Positions 28,540 through 44,649 are shown, numbered from the whole stretch's first letter. The stretch is DNA of 63,910 bases, filler included, from Bipalium vagum (GCA_037834085.1; 3 parts of 3 records of this genome joined end to end with filler, not necessarily neighbours in it); one strand, 5' to 3'. Translations and numbers: made by a program. The notes: generated from the letters alone by a model not told the origin.

Positions 28540-30760
28540 ATGGGCTCCTTTATATACCCAAGTAAAAATTGAACACTTCATTCAATTGTGGTAGTACATT
28601 GATTGAGGATGATCTATGAAGTGATCGTCCAAAATTGTATCAACAACAAAAAGTAATGATGAAATCCATGATATTTTTAGTGAAACAACATGCATACATC
28701 CTCGTAAAGTAGCTCATATAAAAAGAATTTTAGTTGAATGTGTTTGTACTCTAATTTTTGAAACATGAACAGATAAATTTATGAAAAAAGATTTTTGGGA
28801 AAGTAGAGCTGCACTCCTTAACAATGCAACAATAACGTATGAAAAATAAATTTCTGTAATTATTGAAAAATTTTAAGCAGAATAAAAGAACTGATTTTAT
28901 TTAGCTTCTTTATAACGACCGGTAGGACATGGACCGATCACCATGATCCTAATTTAAAACAGGAACGGCTGCAATGAACAGAATTTATATGTTCTACTTT
29001 AAAGCAATGAGAAAGAACAATCAGTAGAAAAGATTATGGCAGCCGTTTTCTAGCATTGAAAGGTTTTTTGATAATCTAAATCATTGGTTAAGAAAAAACA
29101 AGGAATTTAGATTATGAGGAGGCTAATCACACCTGAGGAATTTTTTAATTATTTATTTTAATTTTTTTTTTAAATATTTAAAAAGTATGAATGAAATTTT
29201 AAAAATAAACTTATTTTTAAAATTTAATGAAAAAGGAATTTCCAGGTCTGAGAAAATTTGTTTAAATATTATTTCTTTTAGCATTTAATGAATCTATTCA
29301 AAAAATGACTTCTAATTATGATTATAAACCGGCTGATATTAACATCGATTATTATGTTAATTTATTGGATCAATTGCATAAAAGCGAGACATACACTATT
29401 GTTTAAAAGTTTTGAAACCCCTAATAAACATATGAAAAATCTAGATTAACGCCATATATAGGCTATTTAAATTATTTAGTTCAAATATTTTTAATTTTTT
29501 CTCTGTTATTTAACTTTAAATTAAAAGATTTTTTGTTAAGATACTTTTAAAATTTATTTTTAAAAATCAAAAAAATAACTGACGATAAGATATTAACAAT
29601 TAGTACTGCTTCAAATCTGCTTCTGATATCAGAGCTGAAATAAATGAAAGATTATCTTTGCCTATTTCTCTTTCAATGACGACTACGAGAAAAAGGCATA
29701 TTTAGAAGTATTGCAAAGGTATTTCGTTAAGAAAATATTAGTAAAGATTAGAATTTCCTATTACATAAAAAGATTGAACAGTCTATCAGTAGAAATCAGT
29801 GTTATGGACTGATGAATTAAAATTTGAACTTTTTGGCAATCATCGACGATAATTTGTTCGAAGAAAAGTTTATGAACATATAAACCCATATTGAAACATG
29901 GAGGTGGTTTAGTAATGGTATTTATTTGTTTAGCTTATAATGCAGTTTGAGCTGTAGTGAAAATTGATGGCATTATGAAAAAGAGCAATATCGACGCATT
30001 CTTCAGCAATACGTAATCTCATCTGGCATTGACTTAATTGACCACGGTTTTACTTTTCAACATGATAACTACCCCAAAAACACTTCTATGTTGTGTTATA
30101 ATTATTTAAAGAAAAAAAAGAAAATTGAATATTTTAAATATTCTAATAACCACAACAATAGCCAGATTTTATTTCTACCGAGTTACTTTTGAACCAGCTT
30201 GATCGTAAAGTAAGAAATATGCGAACAAACAGCCAAATAGATATGTGGAATTCCTTGAATGATGCTTGGAGCAATATAAGTTTAGAAAAACTAGATAAAC
30301 TTGTGGAGAGATTACCTAAAATATGCGTCGGCGTCATCGAAGCAAAATGTATTTTAATTCTTTAACTTAAAAACAGTAAACACTAGAAAATCATTAAATG
30401 AAAGAAATAAAACCAGTTTTATCAGACTGGAATCTTTAAATTTCAGTTTTTTTTTGTTAGGGATTTCCAAACTTTTGACCATTAGTGTAGGTTGAAGGAG
30501 AAAAACATTTTTCATCATGACGATATAAGAGATTAAAACACTGCATTGACAAATGACAACGAAGAGCTAACTAAATTACGAAAGATTAAACATCCATTTT
30601 TTTTCCGATTTTGCTCTCAGAATCTTTTTTCTAGTCCAAAACCTTAAGTCTATCATTGCACACCATTTTGCATTAAATGAAGAATCTATAGCAGCAGAAG
30701 AATATTTCTTTGGAGATCTTCTAGAAATTCACTTTAGTCATGGAATTGAATTGAACTAAA
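28540..30760 (+). mobile_element. decayed mariner hosting a Tc1 insertion
   Basis: LIEDDL*SDRPK, ITT.RTWTDHHDP, KIMAAVF, NIDYYVNLLDQLHK before 29394; FHHDD and PDFAL-like blocks after 30489. Outer boundaries approximate. Confidence 0.65.
29394..30487 (+). mobile_element. Tc1-like element with both TIRs (decayed)
   Basis: TA-CACTATTGTTTAAAAGTTTTGAAACCCCTA ... TAGGGATTTCCAAACTTTTGACCATTAGTG-TA; WTDE, KHGGGLVMV, FQHDNSPKNTS, QLDRKV. Confidence 0.85.
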
Positions 30761-30899
30761 TATATTCCATTGCCAGGAAGTTAATTTAATTAATGGTTTT
30801 GGTGTATTTCACATTCTTTCATTTCTAACTTAAAGACTTCACACAATCTATATATATTGAAAATCCTAATCCATGAAAATCACTGTTTTGTCTAGACTA

Positions 30900-31050
30900 A
30901 TCATTATCTAAGCAGAATTCTAGGTCGGATCAATTAAGAAAGAAAATAAAAATCTGTATTTGATATGATCATAAAAAATTTCTATTGTGAGCTTTTAGAA
31001 CCAGGTGAAACCATTAAATTTGATTAATATGGAAAATAAATATCCAGGCT
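30900..31050 (+). mobile_element. mariner fragment
   Basis: CI*YDHK..YCELLEPGETI. Confidence 0.5.
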
Positions 31051-31779
31051 AATCAATTTTTGATCATCAAAAAAAATACAATCGTACATTATATTTTTAG
31101 TTAAACATCAATTAGTTAGATATTGGCCTTTGTTTTTAATAATAATCTTGAATTTTTTTAGGTAGGCTTTTAAATTCGCTGGATTAGAATTTTTTGAATT
31201 TGGAAAGGAAATTGAGAAAAACAAATTTTAAGAGTTTCAAAGCATTCTAATTGAAAAAAAATAAAAATCGATAGATTCCATATCGGGAGAATATTAAGGT
31301 GGTGTCAAATTAAAACCTACAATTACACAATCTAGGAAGAGTCCAAACAAAAAGGCGTGGTCTCTCACTGTGCTGATCAAATATCACTTTACTTATATTG
31401 TTCAAACTTGGAAGTCTTCTAAATTTCTTTGTACGCTATTCAACTATACACGTGCATTAAAAAGTACCCATAGTTAGTACCTTTCTTTATTATTTCAACA
31501 ATTCATTTTAATCTAAAGAAAAAACATGAAAATTCATTAACATTTGAGATACTTTCAAATTGTCATCAAATTGTACAAATTGAAATAACCACTTAATAAA
31601 CGACATTTCCATTTATTTAAATAAATTGTTTTAATAATCATATGTATTTATTTACATAATATCTTTGTAATATGTCACATTAAAAATGTGAGTATAATAG
31701 ACACTTGTCAATAAATTTGTCTTAATTTCAGTTAAATAAATATCATTTGCCACACATTCATATTTTTCTTTATTTTCCA

Positions 31780-32170
31780 AAGAAAAAAGGACTTGATAAT
31801 CATATATTATTGTGGAAACCTATGGAGATAAAGATCTAACTCAAAACGTGTAAATATTGGTTCGATAAATATGCAAGACACTGAACATCCATGTCAATCA
31901 AAAAAATGTCGAAGACACATATTTGCAGGTAATATTGGATGAAGACGATATACAAATTCAAAAACCATTTGCGGATGTCTTATAGGTTAACCAATAAGTA
32001 TTTTCTGATCGATTATGATCAATAGGGAAGTTTTTTGAAGAAGGGTAATGGATACCATCTGTAATAAATGAGCGAAACAAAGAAAAACTAAAAAACTTGT
32101 GAAATTTTGATGGGAAGTACAGAACAAAGTAATTTTTGTATCGTATTGTCACTGGGAACGTACATGGATA
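31780..32170 (+). mobile_element. mariner N-terminal fragment
   Basis: ETYGDKDL, WFDK, G*WIPS, FLYRIVTG. Confidence 0.55.
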
Positions 32171-35100
32171 AATAATAATTTATTTATATACGATTGATTA
32201 TAATGAATAAATGTATTTTTTATTTTATAAATTACGCATCTTTTGTCAAGTCAATTAGATAATTTTTGCTCATTTCAACCATGTCTTCTTCCTATTTATT
32301 TTCCTTAATTGATTTTTTTCTTTAGTGTTACATGTTTCATATAACTCATTTTGTAAATTAATTTTAATTAAATTATCTGCGAATTCCTCTCGAGTATCCT
32401 CAGTTCATATATTTTTTTATCTTTCTTTCATTACTATTTATATTTTTCTCTAAGTCTTGGGATTTTTTTCTCGTATTTATTTCAGATGTTTTCATCACCA
32501 CTTCTCTATTTCTCTTTTTAAATTTACATTTACTTTAAATAATATTTGCAAATATTATTTAAAATAATTAAATTAATAAATGTATATTTAATTTTTAAAA
32601 AAATATTTTTCATTTAAAATTAATAATTTTTTTCTATTTTAATAAACAATTGATTTATTATTAATAAATTAAAATTTTATTGATTTTTTCTGTTAATGTC
32701 GAATCAAAATAAGAGAAAAGGTATTTCGACTTTGTACATTGTCATTTTCTTTGGGGAAAAGTAATTTTACAGGGCTGAGGGGACGTTTTTGCACTTTTTA
32801 TTACAGTGGTAATTTAATAAAGTCCTCACAATTCTCTGTAACTGTGGGAGACAATGGAGTTTTGTTAACGGTAATGGAATATAAAAAAATTATATTCTCA
32901 TCGTTTTTCTCTTAATATTTTTTCCAAAAGACGACTTTTCCCAATTGATATTATTTATATTTTAAAAATTTCACACGTGAATTAATTTGGAGATCATTCG
33001 AAATTGAAAATGTTAAATATTTTATAATTTATAATTCTGAACGGAATGTCTTGGACTAAATGTATTAATTATTAAGAAAGTAAAAATGGATTTTTTATTC
33101 ATTTTTATTATGCTTTTATTAATAATTAAAAATATGAGTTTGATCTAAATAAGTAGGGATTAAATGTGAACAAAAAATAATTTCAAATTGGATTCAAGAT
33201 TATTTATAATGGAAAATAAAAAATATAAATTATATTATTAATAGGTTTGGTATTTAACATAGAATAATTTTAAAATTATTATTATTTGAAATATAAATAA
33301 TTAAAATAAATAAAAAATATTAAATGAAATAATAAAAATAAATAAATAATAAAAATAAACAAATTGATTAGCTATTTAATATAAATATAAAGTACGTTAA
33401 ATTTGATTTTTTCAATAATAAATTTTAATTATTTATTAAATTAATTGTAATTAATTATAAATATTTTTTTAAAAAAATAATTAAAAACTTATTGTTGTTA
33501 TTATTAATTATTAAATCATTTTAAATGAAACTATTATTAAAATATCATTATTTATAAAAATAAATCTTTAAAATATTTTTTTATTTAATATAATTAATAT
33601 AATTAAAATAATTAAATTATATAATAAAATATATAATTATATAATATAAATAAAAATATAACTTTATTTAATTTTCAGCTATTTCTGCAGTCTAAAATTT
33701 GATAAATGTGTTTTTAAGTGATTAATGTGCTAATATTTTAGGAAAAAATTGTGTCAAAAATATTCAAATAAAATTTTAAATATTTTACAATTAGAAATAT
33801 ATACAAATATAAAAAATGTTCTGATATCTGTCACAATGGAAGGTGGAGACACTTTTTGAAATAAATAAATAAATGAAAATTAGGTTTTTAACAAGAGCTT
33901 GTCGACCTCATTTTTTATGAGATCATGACCGTGGTGGTTGAAAAGATTTAGGATGGGATCCTTCGGAAATCATTGGAGACTGATATCCAAAAATATAAAT
34001 GAGTCTAAAAGTTCGAAATAATTTTTGAAAAAATTAAATCAAGAAATTATCTAAAAAAATTTAACTTAAATTTATTAAATATCAAAACCAAGCAGACATG
34101 AGCAAATGTTTCAAGTCAAAATTAATTGAAGTAATAAATAACGCATTAAAATAAAATTTTAGTATGAGATTATCCAATTTAAGTGATTTGAGAAATTGAT
34201 TTATGTGATAAATTCGAGCTAATTTCATAATTGCAAAGTATTTGTTTAACTGAACAAAAATTGTTTATTAAGGTAAATATATTTTTCAAAGTATTATCTG
34301 ATCATCACCGTGCTTATCTGTGCATAAATTGTTAAGACCAACTTGGACATTCAATAAGGCAATGCCTCTATTAAAAATTATTTTTTAAAACACCAAAAAG
34401 AAAATTTCGTCTATTTTTGTTAAGGGGTTCAGGGATATTATTAAATTAATATGTTGAAATTACATTTTTAAAACAGGGTTTGACTGATCGTTTTCCAATT
34501 TTATTTTTTTCTTGATTTGTTCATTGAAATTAGAAACAAGCATTACAATGTATTTGTATCAACATTAAAGTAACTTAAACCATCGATTATTTTAATTTTG
34601 TTGAAGCATTTTTTAAATTATATAAAATATATTCATGAAGAATCTCATGCAGTTCTCCGTAGTATTTTTGAGGCAAAAAGATGTAGCATTCCGGTTCATT
34701 GTTTGGTTACATTTTTAATTTGGAAAACAGGCTTCAAAAAGAATGGGGATATGATAGAAGAAATATTAGTATTCAAATTTCAATTTTATGATTGTGTGCC
34801 GATTCAAAAATGCTTGAACGATTAATATTCTAGTTTTGTTTGGAACAGTCATCGGTTAAAAAATGATACACTTGTTATGTAAATACAAAAAATCTTATTC
34901 ATCATATATTTCGTATTGTGAGAAATGACTTAAATGAAATGTCAAATTAAAAAAATTGGGTGTCCAAATTTAAAAATGACCTATCAAACCCTGTAAATTT
35001 TTGAAGCTTTATAAATTTAACAAAATAATAAAAATTATAATTAATAATTTGTAAAAATTAAAAATATAAATTAAGTATCAGATTAGTGTGAGGAATAAAA

Positions 35101-38100
35101 TCAATAACATTATTTTGTGAAATAGATTTTACAATCAATTATTATTTATCTTCAATGAATTCAACTGATATCGTAAAAAGTGATATCCCGGTAATCACTA
35201 ACATCAATATTTAAATTGATGCAAACATTTTTTTTCAGATACATTTTTAAAAATTTATAACCCTAATAATTGAAAATTACTTTTAATTTTAACTCAGTGA
35301 TTTTACACATCCCAACAAATTATTAATCGGGTATCTTTTAATGAATTAAAATTTTATCGCTGATATCAATAATTTTGAATAACCTAAGTGTATAATCTAT
35401 AAAAGAGTTGGCGGTGAATATATAATATCGTGATTGTCCCTTACATCTTATCATGGGGAAGATATGGGATACTAGTGGATAAATGCCTCCTCATAACTGA
35501 CCAGGGATCTGAGTCAAACTTTGGAAAAGAATTTTAACTATCCGATGGGATAACATATGATTGAGTCTCTTCAGAAAAAATAGCTAATTAACAAATTGTT
35601 GATATCCTCATGCTGACCTGAACCGACTGAAGATTATTAATGAAACTGGATTGAATTCTAGTTGAAGAAAATCCCATATGGTTGATAGGCATTGATACAG
35701 TGATCTGTTATTCTCACTGATGGTATCCTCATGTTAACCTGGACCTAATGATTACGATAAGGAGAAAAATTTTAAAACAGAATAGAAAGCAAAAAAACAA
35801 ATGTGAATATCAGAAACCAATCCAAACAAAAAACTACTTTTAAGTGTCATAATGTGGTAAAATTAATAAATCGGTGTAAACTCAATTAATCAATAATTAT
35901 TATAGAGAAATTCTTAATTTAATTATTTTTCAAAAAAGGTTTAACTTTTAGTCATTCATATTCTGGATATCAGTCACAAATGATTTCTGAAAGAGTCCAC
36001 CTTTAACCTTTTCAGTCACCTTGGTGATGATCTTAATTCTATCATAATAAAGCGAAATTCTTTAAGATTACTGAGTTAATAAATGATAAAAATAATATTA
36101 AACGCATTTCTTACCTGGCGAACTCTTTAATCTGGCTTGTTAATATTTTTATTACATTCTAAGTTACATTATATCATTACCATAGAGATAATGAAAACAT
36201 TCAATCCTTATCGTACATGGAAAGCCACAAACAGAATATTTTGAAGGAAGTTAATATAATAACATAGCTTAATTTTTTACAATAATAGTAGCAAAATACA
36301 ATGATAAAAGCGAAACAAACAATAAATTATCGATTCTTTCTAATGTTAATGTTAATATCTAATAAATAAATAATAAATGAGATATTTAAAATAAATAATT
36401 CATTTTACATTGCTTCTGTCACGTTATGTACAAATATTTATTTTTATTAATAACCAATTAGCTGACAATATTTTATTTTTATTGCATAAAAAAATTAAAA
36501 ATACAATTTAAAACAAAAAATTAATAATAATTTAAAATATAGCTAAAAATGTAGAGAAATTTTATCATAGATATATATAACAGTCGGATTTTTTTGTTGA
36601 CTTCTGTCCATCCGAAGTTATTTTAATACTTTGTATTTTAAAATAAAAAAAGTTAAATTAACCAAGAAACAAGTGCACAAAAATGAAAAAAAATGGTCAT
36701 TTATATTGAAAATGATGTAATACTAATGATACTTATATTTTATAAATGTTAAATGATATATTAAAAAAAAACTATTTTCAGTGACTCGTTACATTTAATA
36801 TTCTAATGAATTTTTTAATGACGTCACTGCTCCTAACAAGTCTACTATTGCTATGAGAGTTAATTTGTTAAAATAAATATGGTTAAACTTTAGAAAACTG
36901 TTTTTTCAAAAATAATCTTATTTTTCATGAGTTTTATTGGATTCAATTTAGCTTGACCTTGTTTTGTTTTAACGTACTAGTTATAATTATTTTAAATTTA
37001 TTAAGTGATGTAAAATAAATTTTTCAAAGTTTTTTATTTTTGGTATTAAGTAAATTATCAATTTTTCTCTAAATAATTTATTAGCAAGGTAACAGTCTTC
37101 TTCAGAGCTACATGTATCAATTTTAACAAATGTTATATGGTTGGAATATGAATATATACAAAAAAAATTAATTTCATAAATATCATGAGTCTATGTTACC
37201 CCAAAATAAAATATATGTTCAAAAATTTTCAATATGAAAAACACCAATTATCTATTTAATCAAAAATAAGGTTTAAAACCGTTAATCATTTTATAAGGGA
37301 TCAAATTTTTAAGGATAAATTTCATCCAAAAATTACATAGATGCTATATGAAAAGATAACAAAAGAATTAAATATTTCCTGAAATACTGCACTGACAAAA
37401 ACTGCATTCATGACCTTAAAAATTCCAAATAATTTGTTATATTTGTTACGATCAATAATTGTAATCCTAAAGAGAACTATTACCATTCTAATTAACACAA
37501 GCTTATTAAAATGTTTAAAATTAAATGACCTTAAAAATTCTAAGTAGCCCATTTAAACAATACAGGGCCAAACAGAATTTCAGTAGTTTTATTTCTGAAT
37601 TGTTATTTACTTTATTTTACTATGACAATTTTTGATTGTGGTCTGTTCATTCATGATCAATATCGATTACATGACAATTTTATATTTTTGTATTATGCTT
37701 TATTATCACAATTTAATAACATAAATCATTTTAATATTTTTAAAAATATTTAAATAAATGCTTCTGTAGTACATGGTGTTCGATAAACCAATTATTTTAA
37801 GTGATGTTATTTTCAATCATGATCAATTTTTAATGTTTAACTTGCTCATCGAAATTTTACTCGTTTTATTTAAGCTTTAATGACCACAGACAAAATTGTA
37901 TTACATAAAATAATTTATTATTCAAAAGATGTCTGCACTTTCAATGTTACTTGTAAATTGAAAATTAATATTAATTAAAATTTTTAACTGAAAAATTTAA
38001 AATTTTACTAAAATTTCTGTTTATTGAAGATCTTTAAAACTAAGTTAAAAGGTTTTAATTTTTTAATAAAATAAAATAAAATCTAATCATTAAAACTTTG

Positions 38101-38299
38101 AAAAATGGGAATAATCAATTTGTTTAAATATTAAAATTTAGAGTGTCAAAAAACGACCAATAAGATATTTTATATTGAAATAAAGGTTTTTCAATTTTTA
38201 ATTAATTTCTTTTTTCTGTACGCTAAAAATAGATGAATTAATGCCAACTTAATGTTTATCCCACATTTCCCCATTTCATTGGCTTATTTAAAAAGTTTT

Positions 38300-39000
38300 G
38301 AATCTTTAAGAGTTTTTAAATTCTTCTAATGCTGACTTTGACCAAAGCATAGCAAAAATGTAATTGTGTTACAAAATCTAGTAAAAATATCATGAAGGAC
38401 ATATAAATCCATGGATAGACCGTCTTTGAAAGACAAGTCAAACAAAAATAGCATCACCTGTTATCAGGCATTCTTAAAATAAATATTCCCAGTATTTTTC
38501 TAGTAGTAAACTGTAAAAAACATTCGACCATTAATATTTTTTCTTTCAATTTGGCAACTACCACAGTAAAAGATATTCAAATTGAGAAGCAAATACAGAT
38601 TCTTGACAAATTTAATATCTTGTCTCTTGATGTGTCGCATTGAATAAAGCCCACGTTATGGTCATCACGGAAACCATACCCTGGTTTATATGAATCCAGA
38701 GAAATAAAGTTACCTCCTTTCAATTTCAAATTTTTCGCAATTATTTTTTGAAAGTCCTATTTTTATTGTTGACCTTAAAGATCTTGCCCGGTTTCTTTGA
38801 CACCCACTTGATCATTGTTCGTGATTAGATCTTCATTCTGGGGTTTATCAATAACGATTGATTCGAAATTTTTTGCGAATTAAAGTAATTTTCGCCTCCA
38901 GTGCATCTAATCTTTTGATGACGGAGTACTCTTCCCCTTGCTTTAAACAGCCTGACGCTCCTACGTACTCCTCAACCATCGCACATCTCGTTGTAACACT
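38300..39000 (-). mobile_element. highly decayed Tc1-like fragment
   Basis: HTH-like start (LKQGEEYSVI) and WSNVFYS-like block on the reverse strand; weak. Confidence 0.35.
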
Positions 39001-40629
39001 TCTACATAAGTGTTGTGTGAAATTCAATAGGTTGAAGCTTATATACTGAATAATTAAATCAACTGTATATGTCACTCAGTAAACACTTAAAGATTAAAGT
39101 CACTTTATAAAAAATAACGATTTTTTGTCAATATTTATTAAAAATCACTTCAAAATAAAATTTGAATTTTAAGGCAAAAAATCCGATCGAACTTTTTCTG
39201 TTCAATCCAATTACTTTTTAATTTTTTAAGTCATTAATTTGAATTGCTTGAAATACTTTTATTCTTAAGTTCACTTAAAGACTTCAAATTTTATTTTTAA
39301 TATTAAAAGTCTATTTAAAAAGTTGAAATGGAGAAAGTTTTTCAGTTATTATTCAATTTAATAAAAAATCAATTCTTTGGAAAAAGTATATGGAATAATT
39401 TTATTTTTTTCAACAAAAAACATGCTTTTTTCGAAGTAATTAAATAAGGAAACCTAACGTTACCCAAATCAAACCCTAGCCAAAAATTAAATTTATTTGG
39501 TCATAAAATAAGTAATATACATTCCTCTCTCAATCAACCAATATTTTTACTTGTAGAGAACACATTAAAAATATTATTTATAAATTGTTGTTTATATTTA
39601 AAATTTGTTTTAACAGTTCGAAAATTTTGAATAATGTTTTAATTAATAATATAAATTTTAAACAAATAATTTGAAATTTGAAAAATTGTAAATACAGAGA
39701 TTCAAGAACTTTATTCAGTAAAACAAATTAGTTTTTATTTAATGTTTGTTTAAAAGGAAAACTTTAATATTTACTTCAAGCTAATAATAACGTTTTTTCG
39801 ATTTTATTGATTTGTATCAAAAGTTTCCTTAATTTGGATGGTTTAATTTTCTTTCATCAAAATTAATATTTTTAATAAAAATTCATAAAAATTTGATATC
39901 ATTGGTTGTTTACTATCAAACTATTTTGGTATGTTTTCAATCTAAAAGAATCGATTTGAGTTAAAGGTTTCGTCAAAAACCAAAAATATAAATATATCCA
40001 AATAAAAAATAATATTATGATAATTATTTTGTATTTTAAAACGTTATAATAATGTTAAAGTGTTAGATCTATTTATAAAAAAAAAGATATATGTAACAAA
40101 CAATTGATTAAAAGTACATTTTAAAATAAAAAAAATAGAAAAGGAAGTAATATGAATATACCAAAAGAATTTTATTCAAATATTTTGTACATGCATAATG
40201 ATAAAGAAATTTATTTATACTTAATATTATTTGTATATAAATTTAATATTTAATAATATATTTAATATTATAGATGAAAATTTCACAAATTTTGTTTTAA
40301 TTTATCAGGGGAAAATTGAAAAATTTTTAATATTATTATTTGATGGTTTGATTCCATATTAGGGATGAATCGATTTATTTTTCCAATCTAAGTCCTGTAT
40401 TAATTAATGCATCTACATGATTTTGTAAAGCAGGAATTTCTTTTTAACGAAATGGGCAAATAATATTAAGAGAAAATATCTTTTCTTCCTGTCAATATTG
40501 TAATTGATGTTGGAATTTATTATTGTTTTTTTCCAAGAATTCCTTCGGTTCCAGTTTTCCATTATGACAATCTTTCTTATTTCTATTCGAATTATTATAT
40601 TTTTATTAATGCCAGATGATTTATTTTTT

Positions 40630-40645
40630 TATTATTATTAATTTA

Positions 40646-40702
<57 letters not shown>
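40630..40702. repeat. (ATT)n microsatellite running into gap
   Basis: Direct observation. Confidence 0.9.
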
Positions 40703-40802
40703 NNNNNNNNNNNNNNNNNNNNNNNNNNNNNNNNNNNNNNNNNNNNTTAATTAATTAANNNNNNNNNNNNNNNNNNNNNNNNNNNNNNNNNNNNNNNNNN
40801 NN
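40703..40802. other. assembly gap linker N44-TTAATTAATTAA-N44
   Basis: Same 100-nt structure as 20679-20778. Confidence 0.97.
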
Positions 40803-41189
40803 TTCAAGAGCTTTAAAATGATATATAATATTGCGCCAAAAAATATAGTAATAATGAAGCAGTAAAACAATTTCAATTTTTTAAAAAAACGCTAATAACT
40901 TTTGACTCAACCTGGTAAATCAGGAAAACTCGATTTCAAAACGCGTTTCTTTTTCGTTTGGCAAATCATTTAAATATTAATATCTTTAAAACAAATAAAA
41001 CTATATTGAAATATAATCATTTAATAGAAGGGTTACTTTCGTTAATAATGTCTAAACTAGATCATTGTCTATATCAAGGAAAGCCCTTCAAACGAAATCA
41101 AACAGAGATTGACATCAAATCAAATTACAATTTACATAATTATGCTATAAGTGAAGGGAATCATTTATTTTGACCTCCTATCGTATAAA

Positions 41190-41570
41190 AAAGCCATTGA
41201 TTCTGATCTTCATTGTCATAAATAACAAGATTAAAGCAACCCACATAAAATTTAATAAATGGGAGGTCAGTTGTTTGTCCAGAACGACGATGCTGGACAG
41301 CACATATCTGAAGTCCCGCTAAAGATTAAATGACTTTGGTTGGGAAGTAATGATCCACCATACATTCCAGTTTATTCGTCATCCGCTTTTTATTTATATA
41401 GATAATCTACAGAATTCAATCAATGAGGTAAATATCTATTTTATGTTGGAATGAGAAGAATATTCTGTAAAATGTTTCCCAACTAATCGAAAAATATTCT
41501 CACTAAAGAATAACGCCTCTATCTGAAAAACGGAGAACGACTATCGATTTAAAAGGTGTATGCGTGATGG
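41190..41570 (+). mobile_element. mariner C-terminal fragment
   Basis: DFGWEVM..PPY-like block; heavily decayed. Confidence 0.45.
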
Positions 41571-44500
41571 TTTAAAAAAATACTTTTTCATTCAATTTCA
41601 ATGTTTTTATAAAATATCAAAAATCATCCAATATTTAAAAAATTTGAATATCCTAAAAATAATTTTAAAATCTTTTTTTTTAATTTAAATATAATAAAAT
41701 AATATTTCACGAAGTCGATTTATTTTTTCCAATCCAAAAGGACTCATTGGACATCTGTATTAAATAATATGATGAAAACCTTTGTTTTTTGGATCTCTGA
41801 AAATATAATTTTAATTTTTAAAATTGAACCATTGTCATATTTTATTATCTTTCAATTATTTAGTATCACTTAATTTTATTTAAAATGAAATAATAATAGA
41901 TCGATTAAAACAATTATCAAACGGTTTCAGTATCAAGCTTATACAATGTGACCCATGGGAATATCTTTCTTAGTTAATAATTCAAACGAATGATCATATA
42001 ATTATAATTATTATATTATCAATGGAACATAAATGATTTTTTAATCCTTATTTCTCAGAAAGAGTTGTTTATTATACAACTTAACAATTTTTTCTCCAAA
42101 AATAATCTGCTCTACAAAGAAAATATTTTATTTTTTTATTAATGAATAGAAACAAAAATTTTATTTATTAATAAATATCGCTTCACATTTGATGTGAAAT
42201 TGGAATGAAAAGCATTGATTTGAAAATTGATGGAGAATAAAGAGTGATAAAGACTGAAAGAGTTTTAAGAGGATTTGGGGTATGAAATATAGTGTATATA
42301 ATATATTATCTAGCTTCAAAAGCTTATGCGGAAAAAATACTTGGAACAAAAATGTATTTTATAAAAATACACATACTTCAATCAGTTATCTAATGTTCGT
42401 CGTTATCAACTATTGTCTGTCGGTATTTAGCTAGAAGTTCGAACATTCGGTCCTTGTCGGCCAAATACGAGATATCATTTTTGATCTTACAATCTTCACT
42501 GAAAACCTTTCATTTCAAAAATTGATGCAATAACCTGAACAAATGATAATCTATCGATGCCACATCTGGACTGAGTTCCCAACAAACTTTTTCAGCTTCC
42601 TTGTTGTGGAATTTTTCTGAAAGATTGCAATCTTAATTGTGAAAATTTCTGAATCATTTTCCACCTGTATTTAGACATTGTTGATCGACCAGAGCAATAC
42701 ATAGAAACGCGTAGAACTATTTTGAGTTTAGTCCACATTTCAAATCACATGAAATTCATATTCTAATAATTTCTTCTTTAAAGGCCATCAGTAAAAATAA
42801 AAATTAATTAAATTTATATTAAAAAAAATAAATCGATGTGAATAATGTAATCTCATTAGATATAATTTTAAATGATTGGCGTATCAATAAATCAAATAAA
42901 TGTAGAAAAACAACATTAATTAATAGTCAATGAAAAATCGTCGATTTTTGAAATGACCTGAAAGAAAGACTTAAAATAATAATTTATAGTTTAATGAAAC
43001 CTCTAAATAAGACAGGTAATGAAATCAGACATCGTTAATTTCAGGAACTTTCCTATGCACATTTTACTACTAGTTTTATATTATATTTGTTGCAACATAA
43101 AAGTATTCTACCGTTCGCTTGGAAATAAGGGGCAATATTTATTCTGTGTAACATGTCACACTTAACACGATTTAAGCAACCGTGAACCTGGTTGAATAGA
43201 CCACTCAAAGTCATTGTTTCATTTCACTCTAAATTTCATTAAAACCTTCATGCATTTTAATTATAAATAATAACGCAGGAAAGAATTTATTTATTTTTAA
43301 TTTATTTTCTAACACATTTAGTAAATGTATTTCTTCGGGTTTGGGAAATTTAATAAAATTAATTTTAATTGACCTTTAAAAAATTAATTTTCCTATGAAT
43401 CCCCGATTAATTTCACTTCATCAATTGACTTTCCGACATTTTTTGTTCTTCACTTTGAACACTTTGGAATAGTAAAATGATAAAATAATTTTAATTTAAA
43501 ATAAATTAATTTTCAATTTTCATTACCATTTTTTGATGAAATGATTAAATAATTGTGCTCGGAAAATTTCAATAAAATTGAGGATAATATTCAGTTATAA
43601 ATTCAAATTATGTTCATTTTTTTAGAATATATTATATTATTATTGATATGGTTATTATTATTATTATTATTATTTATAATTATAATTAATATAATTATAT
43701 TCATTATTATTATTATTATTATTATTATTAATTTTATATTTTTAAACATTATTTTTAAATAGCTATGCAACAACTTATTCCGGTTCGAAGTGAGATATTA
43801 TCTTTATAATTATTTTTGCATTTTTATTTTTTCTTCTAAAAAACCTAATAAATGCGAAATAGCATGATATTTATATTAATCCAGAAAATTACTTATAGTT
43901 ACTCTTAATATTTCTTGTTCATTACTAAAACATATAAATTAATTTTATTTTTTCCTATATACTTTTTTCGAATTTTACCCAATGGAAATTAATGTAAATC
44001 ACATAAATACTTTTACATTAAATTTAATTATTATTTTACTCTCAACTAAGCTCAAAATAAATAAAATTACCAAATTATATTTTACAAAAAATAATAGTAG
44101 CATTTCATCCATTTAATTGGTTTAAATTAAATTTTAAATAATAAATAGGAATATTAATTTTCAAAATATTAATTAAATTCTATGAAAACTGAAAACAATT
44201 TCATAATAAAACGAATTATATAATTTGACTAATTCAATTTCTTTGGACATTTTTACTGATTTATAGTTTCAAAATTTCGACAAACACGGACAAAATAAAA
44301 AAATGAATTAATTAAATTAAAAATATTTATGCAGATTTTTCTTTCATGTGATAAATTGCAAAGAGTGGTAAAATTGTCCTAATAATTCCAAACGATGACA
44401 TCACTGAAATGGAAAAATTTCATGAGTAATTTTAAGTTTTGTTTCTTTTTATCAATTACTTATCAATAATCGTACATGTATAATATTCTAAAGTGAAACT

Positions 44501-44649
44501 TTCCACATTTTTTCACAATTTTCTGAGACTCGAAATGATTTTCGTCGTTCTCATATATATTAATATAATATTTTCTTGTTACCAATTTAAATGACAATAA
44601 TAAAAAGTAAAATAACATATTACTGTTTATAAAATTATTCAATCATATA

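Noticed and set aside
35420-35880. Possible gag remnant with a short internal duplication and FKCHN
   Set aside because: Too decayed to assign.
40370-40620. VDALINTG, retroviral-like aspartic protease motif on the minus strand
   Set aside because: Catalytic Asp absent and no supporting context.
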